Of a stretch of DNA of 64,000 nt, positions 48,735-58,134 are shown one piece after another; positions within the stretch are counted from its first letter, which is position 1, and each line of letters begins with the position of its first letter. The notes under the pieces are model-generated. The model saw only the letters and a list, made by a program, of their open reading frames with translations, did no database searches and had not been told where the DNA came from. The stretch is from Candidatus Curtissbacteria bacterium (GTDB lineage: Bacteria; Patescibacteriota; Microgenomatia; Curtissbacterales; GWA2-41-24). Location of the stretch: positions 264,927 through 328,926 of the forward strand of contig JAUSJC010000010.1 of NCBI GenBank assembly GCA_030647775.1, read 5' to 3'. The position numbers and the translations under genes are program-made.

Positions 48735-48910
48735 TGTAGCGATTTTAAAACATCAAAAAACCAGGCCAGTAAACTTTCATTTTTCACCAGCACACTTTTT
48801 TCAGCAAGCACTCTTTCTGAGTCAGGAATCGAAAGATCTATGTTTGATTCACCGATCACCGGCCTGCCGATCGAGTTTAAATAGGCAGTTGTGCTACAAT
48901 TTCAAAAATT

Positions 48911-50662
48911 GTGAAGTTTTGGCCCAATCCCCATTTTTTATCGATATTTGCTCTCCTTTTTTTCTCAGTCTTCGCGCTTAAAAGCTTGAGTACTTCCGGA
49001 TTCTATACTAGCCATGATGGAGAAACCCATACGGCCAGAATTGCCCAATACTTTATAGCACTTTCAGACTGGCAAATTCCCCCGCGCCATGCCGCCTCAT
49101 TCTATAGTGGACTTGGCAGTCCGATTTTTGTCTACATTTATCCTCTTCCGTACCTACTGGGATCGGCAGTCCACGTGCTGGGTTTTTCTTTCGCAAATTC
49201 ATTCAAGATAATAATGGCACTGGGTTTCGTCATGTCGCAAGTTTTTGCCTATCTTTGGTTTTTCGAGTTTTTTAAAAGCCAAAAAGCAGCTTTTCTGGGG
49301 GCTCTATTTTATGTATGGGTACCTTACAGGCTTTCCCTGGTTTATGTTCGGGGGTCTCTTTCCGAACTTCTTGCTTATACTTTTCTGCCTCTGGCATTTT
49401 ATGCTCTCACAAAATTATCAAAACAAAAAAATCCTCTTTGGATTGCCATAAGCGCCGTTTCTATCTCCTTGATTCTCCTGTCACAAAATCTCGTTGCGGC
49501 AATTACACTGCCTGTAATTTTTGCCTACGTCATTATCCTTAGTATTTTTGAAAAATCAATCAAATATTTAGCTTTGGCTTCAATCGCTTTTTTGTGGGGA
49601 TTGGCGCTGTCGCTAGTTACCTACTTGCCGTCACTTTTTGAAATAAAATTTACGAGATTTAGCGAAACCATTCCGCTTGCCTATGCCAACCACTTTATTA
49701 CCCTAAAACAGCTCATCAGTTCGCCTTGGGGTTATGGTTTCGACCTGGATGGAAGCGCCGCCGATGCGATGTCTTTTCAGATAGGCCTTGCGCACATCCT
49801 GATTTTAGGTACCGCCATTTTTCTGTGTACATACTTTTTTGTCAAAAAATTCCCTTTCGTTAAGAAAATTGGCCGGGTTTTTGTGCGCGAGGTAGAAGCG
49901 AAATCCCAAGCTGTTGCCATTTTTTTCATTGCCGCCTTTCTAATCAGCGTCGTTTTGATGCTCGACATTAAAGCGACTAGATCAATCTGGAACGATTTTA
50001 AACCACTCCACACAATTGATATCCCCTGGAGATTTTTAGGTATCTCCTCACTCGCCACTGCTTTCTTGGCGGCATTCGTTTCTAAAACCGTTAAAAGCGG
50101 ATTGATATTTATTTTGGCAATTTTGGCGGTAGTTATTGCAAACAGAAATAACCTAAGAATCAATGAACCGGTTTTTTATAGTGACAGCCATTTTTTAAAC
50201 TATACCGGGAGTGCCACCCAATACGGTGAATTTACGCCGGTCTGGAGACAGACGACGAGGGTGCCCATCGGCATTGACCCCGGCAGCAAAATTCGTTCAA
50301 TCCCGCAAACAGTCGATATAATAGGCCTTGTCGCTTCGTCCCAAAAAATCACTTTCGATGCCGATGTTCTTTCCCAAACAGCCGAAGTTAGAATCAATAA
50401 GTTCTATTTTCCCGATACCGATGTTAAGGTTGACGGCAAAAAATTAAAGCCGTTTTCGGATTTTTCAATTACCGGTTCGACTAGCTTGGTTATTGATAAG
50501 GACGAAGACGGATCAGGCATGCTTCTTATAAAACTGGCAAAAGGCCTCCACCATATCGATGTAGCCTACAAAGAAACTACCCTTAGGTTATTTGCCGACA
50601 TTCTCTCTCTTGTGGCTTTCGTCGCGGCTCTTTTCGTCATTGTCAAATATGCTAAAAAATAA
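48911..50662 (+). CDS. PTPS-related/YfhO-like GT-C membrane protein
   Basis: SHDGE.H, PPR, YVRG.L.E, WGYG, PWR. Confidence 0.8.
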   Translation: MKFWPNPHFLSIFALLFFSVFALKSLSTSGFYTSHDGETHTARIAQYFIALSDWQIPPRHAASFYSGLGSPIFVYIYPLPYLLGSAVHVLGFSFANSFKIIMALGFVMSQVFAYLWFFEFFKSQKAAFLGALFYVWVPYRLSLVYVRGSLSELLAYTFLPLAFYALTKLSKQKNPLWIAISAVSISLILLSQNLVAAITLPVIFAYVIILSIFEKSIKYLALASIAFLWGLALSLVTYLPSLFEIKFTRFSETIPLAYANHFITLKQLISSPWGYGFDLDGSAADAMSFQIGLAHILILGTAIFLCTYFFVKKFPFVKKIGRVFVREVEAKSQAVAIFFIAAFLISVVLMLDIKATRSIWNDFKPLHTIDIPWRFLGISSLATAFLAAFVSKTVKSGLIFILAILAVVIANRNNLRINEPVFYSDSHFLNYTGSATQYGEFTPVWRQTTRVPIGIDPGSKIRSIPQTVDIIGLVASSQKITFDADVLSQTAEVRINKFYFPDTDVKVDGKKLKPFSDFSITGSTSLVIDKDEDGSGMLLIKLAKGLHHIDVAYKETTLRLFADILSLVAFVAALFVIVKYAKK

Positions 50663-52274
50663 TCTATTACTCGTCATAATTATTGCTCTATCAATAGCCC
50701 TTCGTTTTTACCAGCTTGGCCAAAATCCGCCGGCATTGGATTGGGATGAAACCGCTCATGGCTATAACGCTTACAGTCTATTAAAAACAGGCCGCGACGA
50801 ATATGGTTATAAATTGCCGCTGTCAATAAGGTCATTTGACGACTATAAACCGCCGCTTTATACATACCTCGTAGTTCCGTCGGTTGCCGTCTTCGGCATT
50901 AATGATTTCGCTGTCCGCTTTCCGTCTGCTTTTCTTGGGGTTTTGGCAGTCTTTTTCACTTACCTGATGGTTTTTGAACTTTTCAAAAACAAAAATATTG
51001 CTCTTCTTGCCGCATTATTCTTAGCTATTTCTCCATGGCACGTTCAATTTTCAAGAGTCGCCTTTGAGACAAATAGTGCAACTTTTTGGTCGGTGCTTGG
51101 CACCTGGGCGTATTTAAAAGGCATGGATTCCAAAGGTAAAAAAATCACATTGTGGCTGTCACTAGCGGCAATAGCATTCGGTGCCAATCTCTACATGTAC
51201 CATAATGCCCGGGTTTTTATACCAATTTACTCACTCGCTCTTGTAATCCTTTTTCGGAAATTTATTCAAAAGAATATAAAATATATTATTCCTCCTCTCT
51301 TAATTTTCGCGATATTTATTGTATTTTTGATACCCATCATTTTCTCAATTTCCGGCCAGCTTAGATTCAAAGGTACCACAATTTTTTCCGACGTTTCTCC
51401 GCAGTTTCATGCCTCAGGCCTAATCGTCCAGGATGAAAAAGCCGGACTTGGAACCGTTGGCAAAATCTTGCATAACCGCCGCTTTGTCTACGTGCCTATT
51501 TTAATTGATAATTACCTTTCACATTTTCGCCCGACATTCCTTTTTATAACTGCCGATATGGAAAGGCATCACGCCCCCCAAATCGGTCTTTTATATTTTT
51601 GGGACCTGCCGTTTATTGTTGCCGGTATTTACTTTTTAATAAAAAACAAATTCGTTGCGTCTTCCAAAATTATCGTTTTATGGTGGTTTTTGATTTCTCC
51701 GGTAGCAGCCTCCGTAACTTGGGGAGTACCGCATTCTCTAAGGAGCGAGATTTTTCTGCCCACTTTCCAGATCTTTGCGGCAATTGGTGTTTATACCCTT
51801 TACACTTACTCAAAAAGGAAAAAACTCTTCGCAATCTTGGCGGCTATTACTCTTTTGGCCAATTTCACCTTTTATCTTCATCAATATTATGTTCATATGC
51901 CGTACGATTTTTCTAAATATTGGCTTTATGGCAGAAAAGAAGCAATAGAGTACACCGAAGCAAATAAAAATAAATACCAGCAAGTCATTGTTTCCACCAA
52001 GTTGGAACAGCCGCATGAGTTCTGGCTTTATTATTCAAAATACGACCCGGTTAAATATCTTTCAGAAGGTGGAACCGTTTCTGGCGGATTTTTAGAAGAT
52101 AGAAATAAATTCGATAAATATTTGTTCAAACCTATCGATTTTGCCAAGCAAAATGAAGAAGCAAAAACCCTATTCGTTGGCACGCCCAAAGAATTCCCTC
52201 CCGGTGTAAATATCCTAAAGCAAATAAATTATCTAAATGGCGAGCCGGCTATTTATATTATAGGCAATGACTAA
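50649..52274 (+). CDS. GT-C (ArnT/PMT-like) paralog 1 of tandem array
   Basis: WDE...YNAYSLLKTGRDEYG...SFDDYKPP; AISPWH.QFSR. Confidence 0.85.
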   Translation: MLKNNLLLVIIIALSIALRFYQLGQNPPALDWDETAHGYNAYSLLKTGRDEYGYKLPLSIRSFDDYKPPLYTYLVVPSVAVFGINDFAVRFPSAFLGVLAVFFTYLMVFELFKNKNIALLAALFLAISPWHVQFSRVAFETNSATFWSVLGTWAYLKGMDSKGKKITLWLSLAAIAFGANLYMYHNARVFIPIYSLALVILFRKFIQKNIKYIIPPLLIFAIFIVFLIPIIFSISGQLRFKGTTIFSDVSPQFHASGLIVQDEKAGLGTVGKILHNRRFVYVPILIDNYLSHFRPTFLFITADMERHHAPQIGLLYFWDLPFIVAGIYFLIKNKFVASSKIIVLWWFLISPVAASVTWGVPHSLRSEIFLPTFQIFAAIGVYTLYTYSKRKKLFAILAAITLLANFTFYLHQYYVHMPYDFSKYWLYGRKEAIEYTEANKNKYQQVIVSTKLEQPHEFWLYYSKYDPVKYLSEGGTVSGGFLEDRNKFDKYLFKPIDFAKQNEEAKTLFVGTPKEFPPGVNILKQINYLNGEPAIYIIGND

Positions 52275-53865
52275 AAAATATCTGCTGGTAATAATCATTC
52301 TCGCCGCATTTTTGCGATTTTATAAACTTGCCTCCTTTCCTGTTTCTCTTTACTGGGACGAAGCGGCAATCGGCTATAATGCTTTTTCCATTGCCAAAAC
52401 CGGCCACGATGAGTATGGAAGAAAATTCCCTCTCCTTTTTCAGTCATTCAACGATTACAAACTACCGGGCTATATTTATACCGACTCCATTTTTATAAAA
52501 GTTTTCGATTTGTCGGAGTTTTGGGTTAGATTCCCGTCGGCGCTTTTTGGAACGTTTGCCGTTTTGTTAATTTACTTGTTGAATCGTAAAATTTTTAATG
52601 AAAATATAGCTCTTGCCTCCGCATTTTTGCTGGCAATTTCCCCTTGGCATTTACAATTTTCCCGGGCCGCTTTTGAAGCAAATGCGGCTTTGACCTTGGT
52701 CGTTTTGGGAATCGTCCTAATTTTTTACGGGTTCAGAAATAAAATAGCGGCTATGCTTTCACTGCCAATTTTGTTTTTATCATTTTATTTCTATCATTCT
52801 CCAAGAATCTTTGTTCCTGCTATCCTGCTTACGATAGCTTTTTTATACCGCAAAGAAATTGCCAAAAACGCAAAAGCATATATTGTCGGTTTGGTTGTTG
52901 GTGCAATATTGATTATCCCGATTTTAGTCCAAATTGTTTCGCCTCAAGGCATGAAGCGGGTAGGAGAGGTAAGCCTTTTTTCAGACCGGTCAATAATCGA
53001 ACCGTATGTTCTTATCAGAGAATCGGTAAACATCCCTTCATCTGCAATTTTCTTAAACCGCAGAATTCCGCTTGCGTTTGAAATACTTCATAGTTACTTT
53101 TCGCATTTTTCACCAGGGTTCTTATTTTTCGGTGACGATCCAAACCCAAGGCAAAAATCGGCCCTCCACGGCAATCTTTATTTGGTTGAAATCCCGCTTC
53201 TTTTGGCGGGCTTATGGATGCTGTTAAAACAAAAAGACAACAAATCTAAACTCTTCATCGTCGCTTGGCTTTTAGTTGCTCCTATCCCGGCGGGTTTAGC
53301 TAGAGAATTCCCGCATTCCTTGCGCGCGCTTTTAATGCTTCCTGCACTTGTCACCCTATCCGCCATAGGTTTTACCTCTGCCTTCAGGATCAAGTTCGCG
53401 AAATTAATAATCCCGATAGTCTTTTCGCTTTCAATAATCAATTATTTATTCACTTATTACGTGGTATCCCCGCAAACGAGTAGCGCCTCTTGGGCATATG
53501 GTTATGAGCAAGCCTTTGTCAAAGTCGCCGCACTTGAGGGGGATTACGATCGGGTTATTTTCACCGGCAACTACTGGAAACCATATATTTTCTATCTTTT
53601 TTATAATAAAGTTGATCCCGGCATCTTTGCCAAAAGCCGCAGCGAAACGGAATTGGGTAAGTACAGATTCGGCGTGGCCGCTTGGGATGGCGGCAAAAAT
53701 TTTGACAACACGAGGGTTGAAGAACTCAAATCTGGCAAAACCCTTGTCGTACTTTCGCCCCAGGAGTTTTCAACTCTTATGTCTGGAGAAAAACTTAAAT
53801 CACTTCAAACGATTTACGATTTCGCCGGTACCAACGAAATATTTAAGATAGGGCAGTGGCAATGA
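52267..53865 (+). CDS. GT-C paralog 2
   Basis: WDEAAIGYNA, FNDYK, AISPWHLQFSR, PHSLR. Confidence 0.85.
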   Translation: MTKKYLLVIIILAAFLRFYKLASFPVSLYWDEAAIGYNAFSIAKTGHDEYGRKFPLLFQSFNDYKLPGYIYTDSIFIKVFDLSEFWVRFPSALFGTFAVLLIYLLNRKIFNENIALASAFLLAISPWHLQFSRAAFEANAALTLVVLGIVLIFYGFRNKIAAMLSLPILFLSFYFYHSPRIFVPAILLTIAFLYRKEIAKNAKAYIVGLVVGAILIIPILVQIVSPQGMKRVGEVSLFSDRSIIEPYVLIRESVNIPSSAIFLNRRIPLAFEILHSYFSHFSPGFLFFGDDPNPRQKSALHGNLYLVEIPLLLAGLWMLLKQKDNKSKLFIVAWLLVAPIPAGLAREFPHSLRALLMLPALVTLSAIGFTSAFRIKFAKLIIPIVFSLSIINYLFTYYVVSPQTSSASWAYGYEQAFVKVAALEGDYDRVIFTGNYWKPYIFYLFYNKVDPGIFAKSRSETELGKYRFGVAAWDGGKNFDNTRVEELKSGKTLVVLSPQEFSTLMSGEKLKSLQTIYDFAGTNEIFKIGQWQ

Positions 53866-55646
53866 CTAAAAACAAGCTTTTTATTCGCAGAAAAGCTCTG
53901 CTTATTCGCAGAAAAGCTCTGCTTATTCGCAGAAAAGCTCTGCTTATTCGCAGAAAAGCTCTGCTTATTCGCAGAAAAGCTCTGCTTATTCGCAGAAAAG
54001 CTCTGCTTATTCGCAGAAAAGCTTTGCTTAATTCGAGCACCACGAGAATCAAGGTTCTGAGTAAAACTCAGGTTCTTCTTTTTCTCGCAATTGCCATTTT
54101 ATCCTTTGGTCTAAGATTTTATAATCTTTCGGAAAATCCTCCGGGCCTTTATTGGGATGAGGCGGCCTTTGGTTACAACGCTTATTCAATTTTAAAAACA
54201 GGGCACGATGAACATGGGCGCTTTTTGCCATTATTTTTTGAAAGCTTTGGGGACTGGAAACTACCGGGCTATTTCTATCTCCTTGTTCCGTCAATAAAAC
54301 TTTTTGGCCTGTCAGAATTATCGGTACGCTTCCCTTCTGCCTTACTTGGTTCACTGGCGCCGCTTATTTTCTTTCTGCTTATCAAAAAAATTACCAAAAA
54401 TACAAACCTGGCCTTGACGAGTATGTTTTTTCTGGCAATTTCCCCCTGGCATATCCAGTTCTCAAGGTCTGGTTTTGAGTCTACTCCAAGTCTTTTCTTC
54501 GTTGTTTCTGGCGTCTATCTGATGCTTTTAGGGATCGAGACAAAGAAAATATCAATACTTTCTTTGTCTTTTTTTCTTTTTGTTCTTTCAATCTACACAT
54601 ACCATGCTTCCCGAATTTTTGTTCCGCTTCTGGTTATTTCAATAATTCTTACAAACTTGAAGTGGATTAAGCAAAATATTAAACTTTGGGCTTTTCCAGC
54701 CCTCATCGGGCTAATTTTGTTGATTCCGATGATTATATTCACCCTTTCCCCAAATGGTAGAAGCAGGGCAATTTCCGAGTCGGCTTTTAAAGAAGATGAT
54801 CGCCAAACTGCCCGCCTAAACTTTGACCAGAAGTCCAAAAAACCCTTGCGCTTCTTGTCCGGGTATCTTTTCAATCCTCCTGCTTATTATACGCAAGTTG
54901 TGCTTATCGGGTACTTGAATCATTTTTCCCCGACCTTCCTTTTTATAAACGGTGACCAGATAGGCCGCCATTCCCAAGTCGATATGGGGCAAATTTATCT
55001 GTTTGATGCTATCTTTTTATTTCTGTCCTTCTCCGCTTATAAAAAACTTAAAGGAGACGGCAAAAAAATAATGCTTTTTTGGCTGCTGCTTGCACCAATT
55101 CCGGCTAGCTTTGTCACCCCGACGCCCCATGCTCAAAGAGCCCTTCAGATGTCCATACCCCTGGCTTTTCTCTCAAGCCTCGGGGCTTATTATTTTTTCT
55201 CGGCCAAAAAACTAATTGTTATTAAAATTCTTCTTGCCGGAGTTGTGATATTTTCCTTTGCCGTTTTTATCCACCTCTTATTTGTTCACTATCCTAAAAA
55301 GTTTGCTGCCGATTGGCAGGACGGCTATAGGCAAATGGTTCAAGAGGTCAAAAAATACCAAGATGACTATCCAAAAGTATACATAACCAATATAAACAAT
55401 GTCCCCTATATTTATTTACTTCTTTACTTGCCATACGATCCAGAAAAATTTGTCAAAGAAAATAGCACCAAGGGCGCTTTTGGCAAGTATGTTTTTATTG
55501 ACCCAAATTACAATATATATAATAAAGGAAGAGTTCTTTATGTTGCACCCTCATGGCAAAAAGAAGACGGCGAAAGGCTTTCTACCGTCAATGATTCTTC
55601 CGGCAGGCATATTTATTCACTTTGGGATATAGGGGGTAAAAATTAA
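53862..55646 (+). CDS. GT-C paralog 3 with repeat-derived N-terminal extension
   Basis: WDEAAFGYNA, FGDWK, AISPWH; (IRRKALL)x7 at the N-terminus. Confidence 0.85.
   Translation: MTKNKLFIRRKALLIRRKALLIRRKALLIRRKALLIRRKALLIRRKALLIRRKALLNSSTTRIKVLSKTQVLLFLAIAILSFGLRFYNLSENPPGLYWDEAAFGYNAYSILKTGHDEHGRFLPLFFESFGDWKLPGYFYLLVPSIKLFGLSELSVRFPSALLGSLAPLIFFLLIKKITKNTNLALTSMFFLAISPWHIQFSRSGFESTPSLFFVVSGVYLMLLGIETKKISILSLSFFLFVLSIYTYHASRIFVPLLVISIILTNLKWIKQNIKLWAFPALIGLILLIPMIIFTLSPNGRSRAISESAFKEDDRQTARLNFDQKSKKPLRFLSGYLFNPPAYYTQVVLIGYLNHFSPTFLFINGDQIGRHSQVDMGQIYLFDAIFLFLSFSAYKKLKGDGKKIMLFWLLLAPIPASFVTPTPHAQRALQMSIPLAFLSSLGAYYFFSAKKLIVIKILLAGVVIFSFAVFIHLLFVHYPKKFAADWQDGYRQMVQEVKKYQDDYPKVYITNINNVPYIYLLLYLPYDPEKFVKENSTKGAFGKYVFIDPNYNIYNKGRVLYVAPSWQKEDGERLSTVNDSSGRHIYSLWDIGGKN
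53881..54027. repeat. 21-bp tandem repeat, 7 copies
   Basis: Unit TTATTCGCAGAAAAGCTCTGC; last copy has one substitution. Confidence 0.97.
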
Positions 55647-56208
55647 AAAATTAATTTTCGTCCTTTTAGCACTAACCTTTTTCTTCAGGCTTTGGCAAAC
55701 AACCGGCTGCGTGCATTTTAACGGTTTTTATTTTAATCCACTCTCTGTCAAGATTAATGTCGAATCCCAAACCGGTCTTGATCCTTCAGGCCAAAAGGTA
55801 ATATCAAAAATCTTTCATAATAAAATAGTTACCTTTCCGTTTGAGGCCTCAAAGTCTTTTGCAAAAACAATCGATCCGGGATTCCTCTTAGAAGTACTCG
55901 GCCCGGCGGGGTTTTTACTGCTGATTCTATCTCCGGTCGAAATTTTTAGGAGAAAAAGAAAACTGGGGTTTATCCACTTAACAGTAGTCCTGGCAGTTCT
56001 TATCTTTTCCCTAAGACCAATATCACCCAAAATCGCCTTTTGGGCCGTATCAATATCTTTTTATACCCTTTCTCTTTGGGGCATCGGTGCGGTAGTCAAG
56101 AACAAATATATTAGTTTTTTCTTTATCGTATTAATTTTTTACTCGTTGTGGTATTTTGCTATAAATTGGCAAATGCCGGCACTTTGCAATGAAATCTTTT
56201 TTAACTAA
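55642..56208 (+). CDS. Small membrane protein related to the GT-C C-terminal half; start uncertain (ATT 55642 or GTG 55711)
   Basis: Frame open from 55633 with a TM helix before GTG 55711; KIFHNK...DPGFL motif. Confidence 0.65.
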   Translation: MKKLIFVLLALTFFFRLWQTTGCVHFNGFYFNPLSVKINVESQTGLDPSGQKVISKIFHNKIVTFPFEASKSFAKTIDPGFLLEVLGPAGFLLLILSPVEIFRRKRKLGFIHLTVVLAVLIFSLRPISPKIAFWAVSISFYTLSLWGIGAVVKNKYISFFFIVLIFYSLWYFAINWQMPALCNEIFFN

Positions 56209-57691
56209 AAACGTTTTCCTCATTATTATTATGGTAATTGCGGCGGCTTTAAGGTTCTACCAGTTTGGTCAGGATCATCCCAGCCTTTTCGTTGATGAGG
56301 TGTCCAATGGCTATAACGCTTACAGCATTTTAAAAACCGGCCGCGATGAATATGGAAATTTCCTCCCGCTGGTAATTAGGTCATTCGGGGACTATAATCC
56401 GGCTCTCTCCGCATACCTATTAATCCCCTCGATTGCCGTTTTTGGTTTAAACGAAAGTGGCGTCAGGTTTCCGTCGGCACTTCTGGGCACATTGACTGTT
56501 CTTCTGACCTATTTTTTAGTTTTAAAACTCTTAAGAAATAATAAAATCGCCCTGTTTTCAAGTTTTTTTCTGGCTATTTCCCCATGGCACTTACAATTTT
56601 CCCGTTATGACCACGAAGCTAATTTTATGGTCTTTTTTGGCGTTTTAGGTATCGTACTTTTCCTGCATTCGTCAAAAAATCTTCGTTTGCTTATTGCTTC
56701 AACGCTGTCATTCGGTCTTGCCCTCAATTCTTACCAGGGTGCAAAGATTTGGATTCCTGTTCTTTTGACGGTGATCTTTCTTTTCTACCATAAAGAAGTC
56801 CTTGCCTTTAGACATAAGCTCGTTTATCCGTTTATCATCCTGTTAATATTTTGCTTTCCAATCATTTTAAACTTCAAAAGTAGTTTAATCCGCGGCCAAT
56901 CTGTGGGAATTTTGGGTACTCAAAAACCCCTAGAAACATTTATTACCGGGTATCTTTCCCACTACAATCCCAATTTTCTTTTCACTTCAGGAGACAACAT
57001 TGGCCGCCATTCGGTTCCTGGTATGGGCGAGCTTTATATTTTTGAAGCACCGTTGATTGTCTTAGGTCTCCTTTTTCTTGTTCGTCAAAAAACACGGGCC
57101 CCCAAATTCCTTCTGGCATGGCTTCTGGTTGCCGCTATCCCGCCGGCTACAGCCGTTCCTACACCCCATGCACTGCGGGGACTGACATTCATTCCGATTT
57201 GGTCGATAGTTGCCGCCTGCGGCGCAAGTGTCATCTTCTCCGCCAAAATTAAAGGCGGCGCCAAAAAGGGGTTAGTTTTTATTTTGGCAGCTGTTGCCTT
57301 TTACAATATCGTTACTTACTTCCATCTCTACTACAAACATTACCCCAAAGAAAAAGCCCCTGATTGGTCGGACGGCTATAAAGAGATGGTACAGGCCGTG
57401 GATAAGATTAAAGATGGTTATAGCTCTATCGCTATCTCTTCGTACTACGGCCATCCGTATATTTTTACGCTCTTTTACGGAAAGTACGATCCCGTTAAGT
57501 ATCAACCCCAGTCTGCTGATCAAACCAAATTTGACAAATTCGAATTTTTTGGCCCTTCATGGAAAAAGACCAAACCAGGCAAGGCTTTGGTCGTTACGCC
57601 CGAGTGGCAGGCGCATCCCGATAAAGTTTTAAAACAAATATACTCGATAAACGGCGATCTAAGATTTAATATCTCCGAAACAGAACAATGA
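56189..57691 (+). CDS. GT-C paralog 4
   Basis: VDEVSNGYNA, FGDYNP, AISPWHLQFSR, PHALR. Confidence 0.85.
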   Translation: MKSFLTKNVFLIIIMVIAAALRFYQFGQDHPSLFVDEVSNGYNAYSILKTGRDEYGNFLPLVIRSFGDYNPALSAYLLIPSIAVFGLNESGVRFPSALLGTLTVLLTYFLVLKLLRNNKIALFSSFFLAISPWHLQFSRYDHEANFMVFFGVLGIVLFLHSSKNLRLLIASTLSFGLALNSYQGAKIWIPVLLTVIFLFYHKEVLAFRHKLVYPFIILLIFCFPIILNFKSSLIRGQSVGILGTQKPLETFITGYLSHYNPNFLFTSGDNIGRHSVPGMGELYIFEAPLIVLGLLFLVRQKTRAPKFLLAWLLVAAIPPATAVPTPHALRGLTFIPIWSIVAACGASVIFSAKIKGGAKKGLVFILAAVAFYNIVTYFHLYYKHYPKEKAPDWSDGYKEMVQAVDKIKDGYSSIAISSYYGHPYIFTLFYGKYDPVKYQPQSADQTKFDKFEFFGPSWKKTKPGKALVVTPEWQAHPDKVLKQIYSINGDLRFNISETEQ

Positions 57692-58134
57692 AAATCTTTT
57701 TACTAATAATATTTTCGGCAGTGATTATTTCAGTTAGGGCAAATGCCAGCCTGCCGATTTGCAATTTGGATACCGCAAAACAAGCTATTCCTCCCCGGAT
57801 TTTTGCCGAACAAACGATAGACGGTAGAGATCAAAATATCACGCTTACCAGATTTTTACACAATAAAATCGGAATTTACGCTTCGGAGTTTAGCAGGTGC
57901 TACGCAAATGTCTTCGACCCCAATTTTATATATCACACCGTTGGGATAGTCGGAATTATCACCTGGCTTTATTTTGTATACCAAATCATCCAAAGAAAAT
58001 ATTATTTTCTGCTTATTGTTCTACTTGCTTTACCTCTTCTGCCGTTTCTAAAATTTTCGCTTCTGCCAATTTTATTTGCCTACAAGCTTTTTGCTATCAT
58101 AGGACTGGGGTTTCTGCTGTCTAAACTAAAATGA
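57688..58134 (+). CDS. Small membrane protein, paralog of the 55642 protein
   Basis: RFLHNK...FDPNFI motif; overlaps both neighbours. Confidence 0.7.
   Translation: MKIFLLIIFSAVIISVRANASLPICNLDTAKQAIPPRIFAEQTIDGRDQNITLTRFLHNKIGIYASEFSRCYANVFDPNFIYHTVGIVGIITWLYFVYQIIQRKYYFLLIVLLALPLLPFLKFSLLPILFAYKLFAIIGLGFLLSKLK

Noticed and set aside
53881-54027. CRISPR array (also 40874-40946)
   Set aside because: Head-to-tail units with no spacers and no cas genes in the window.
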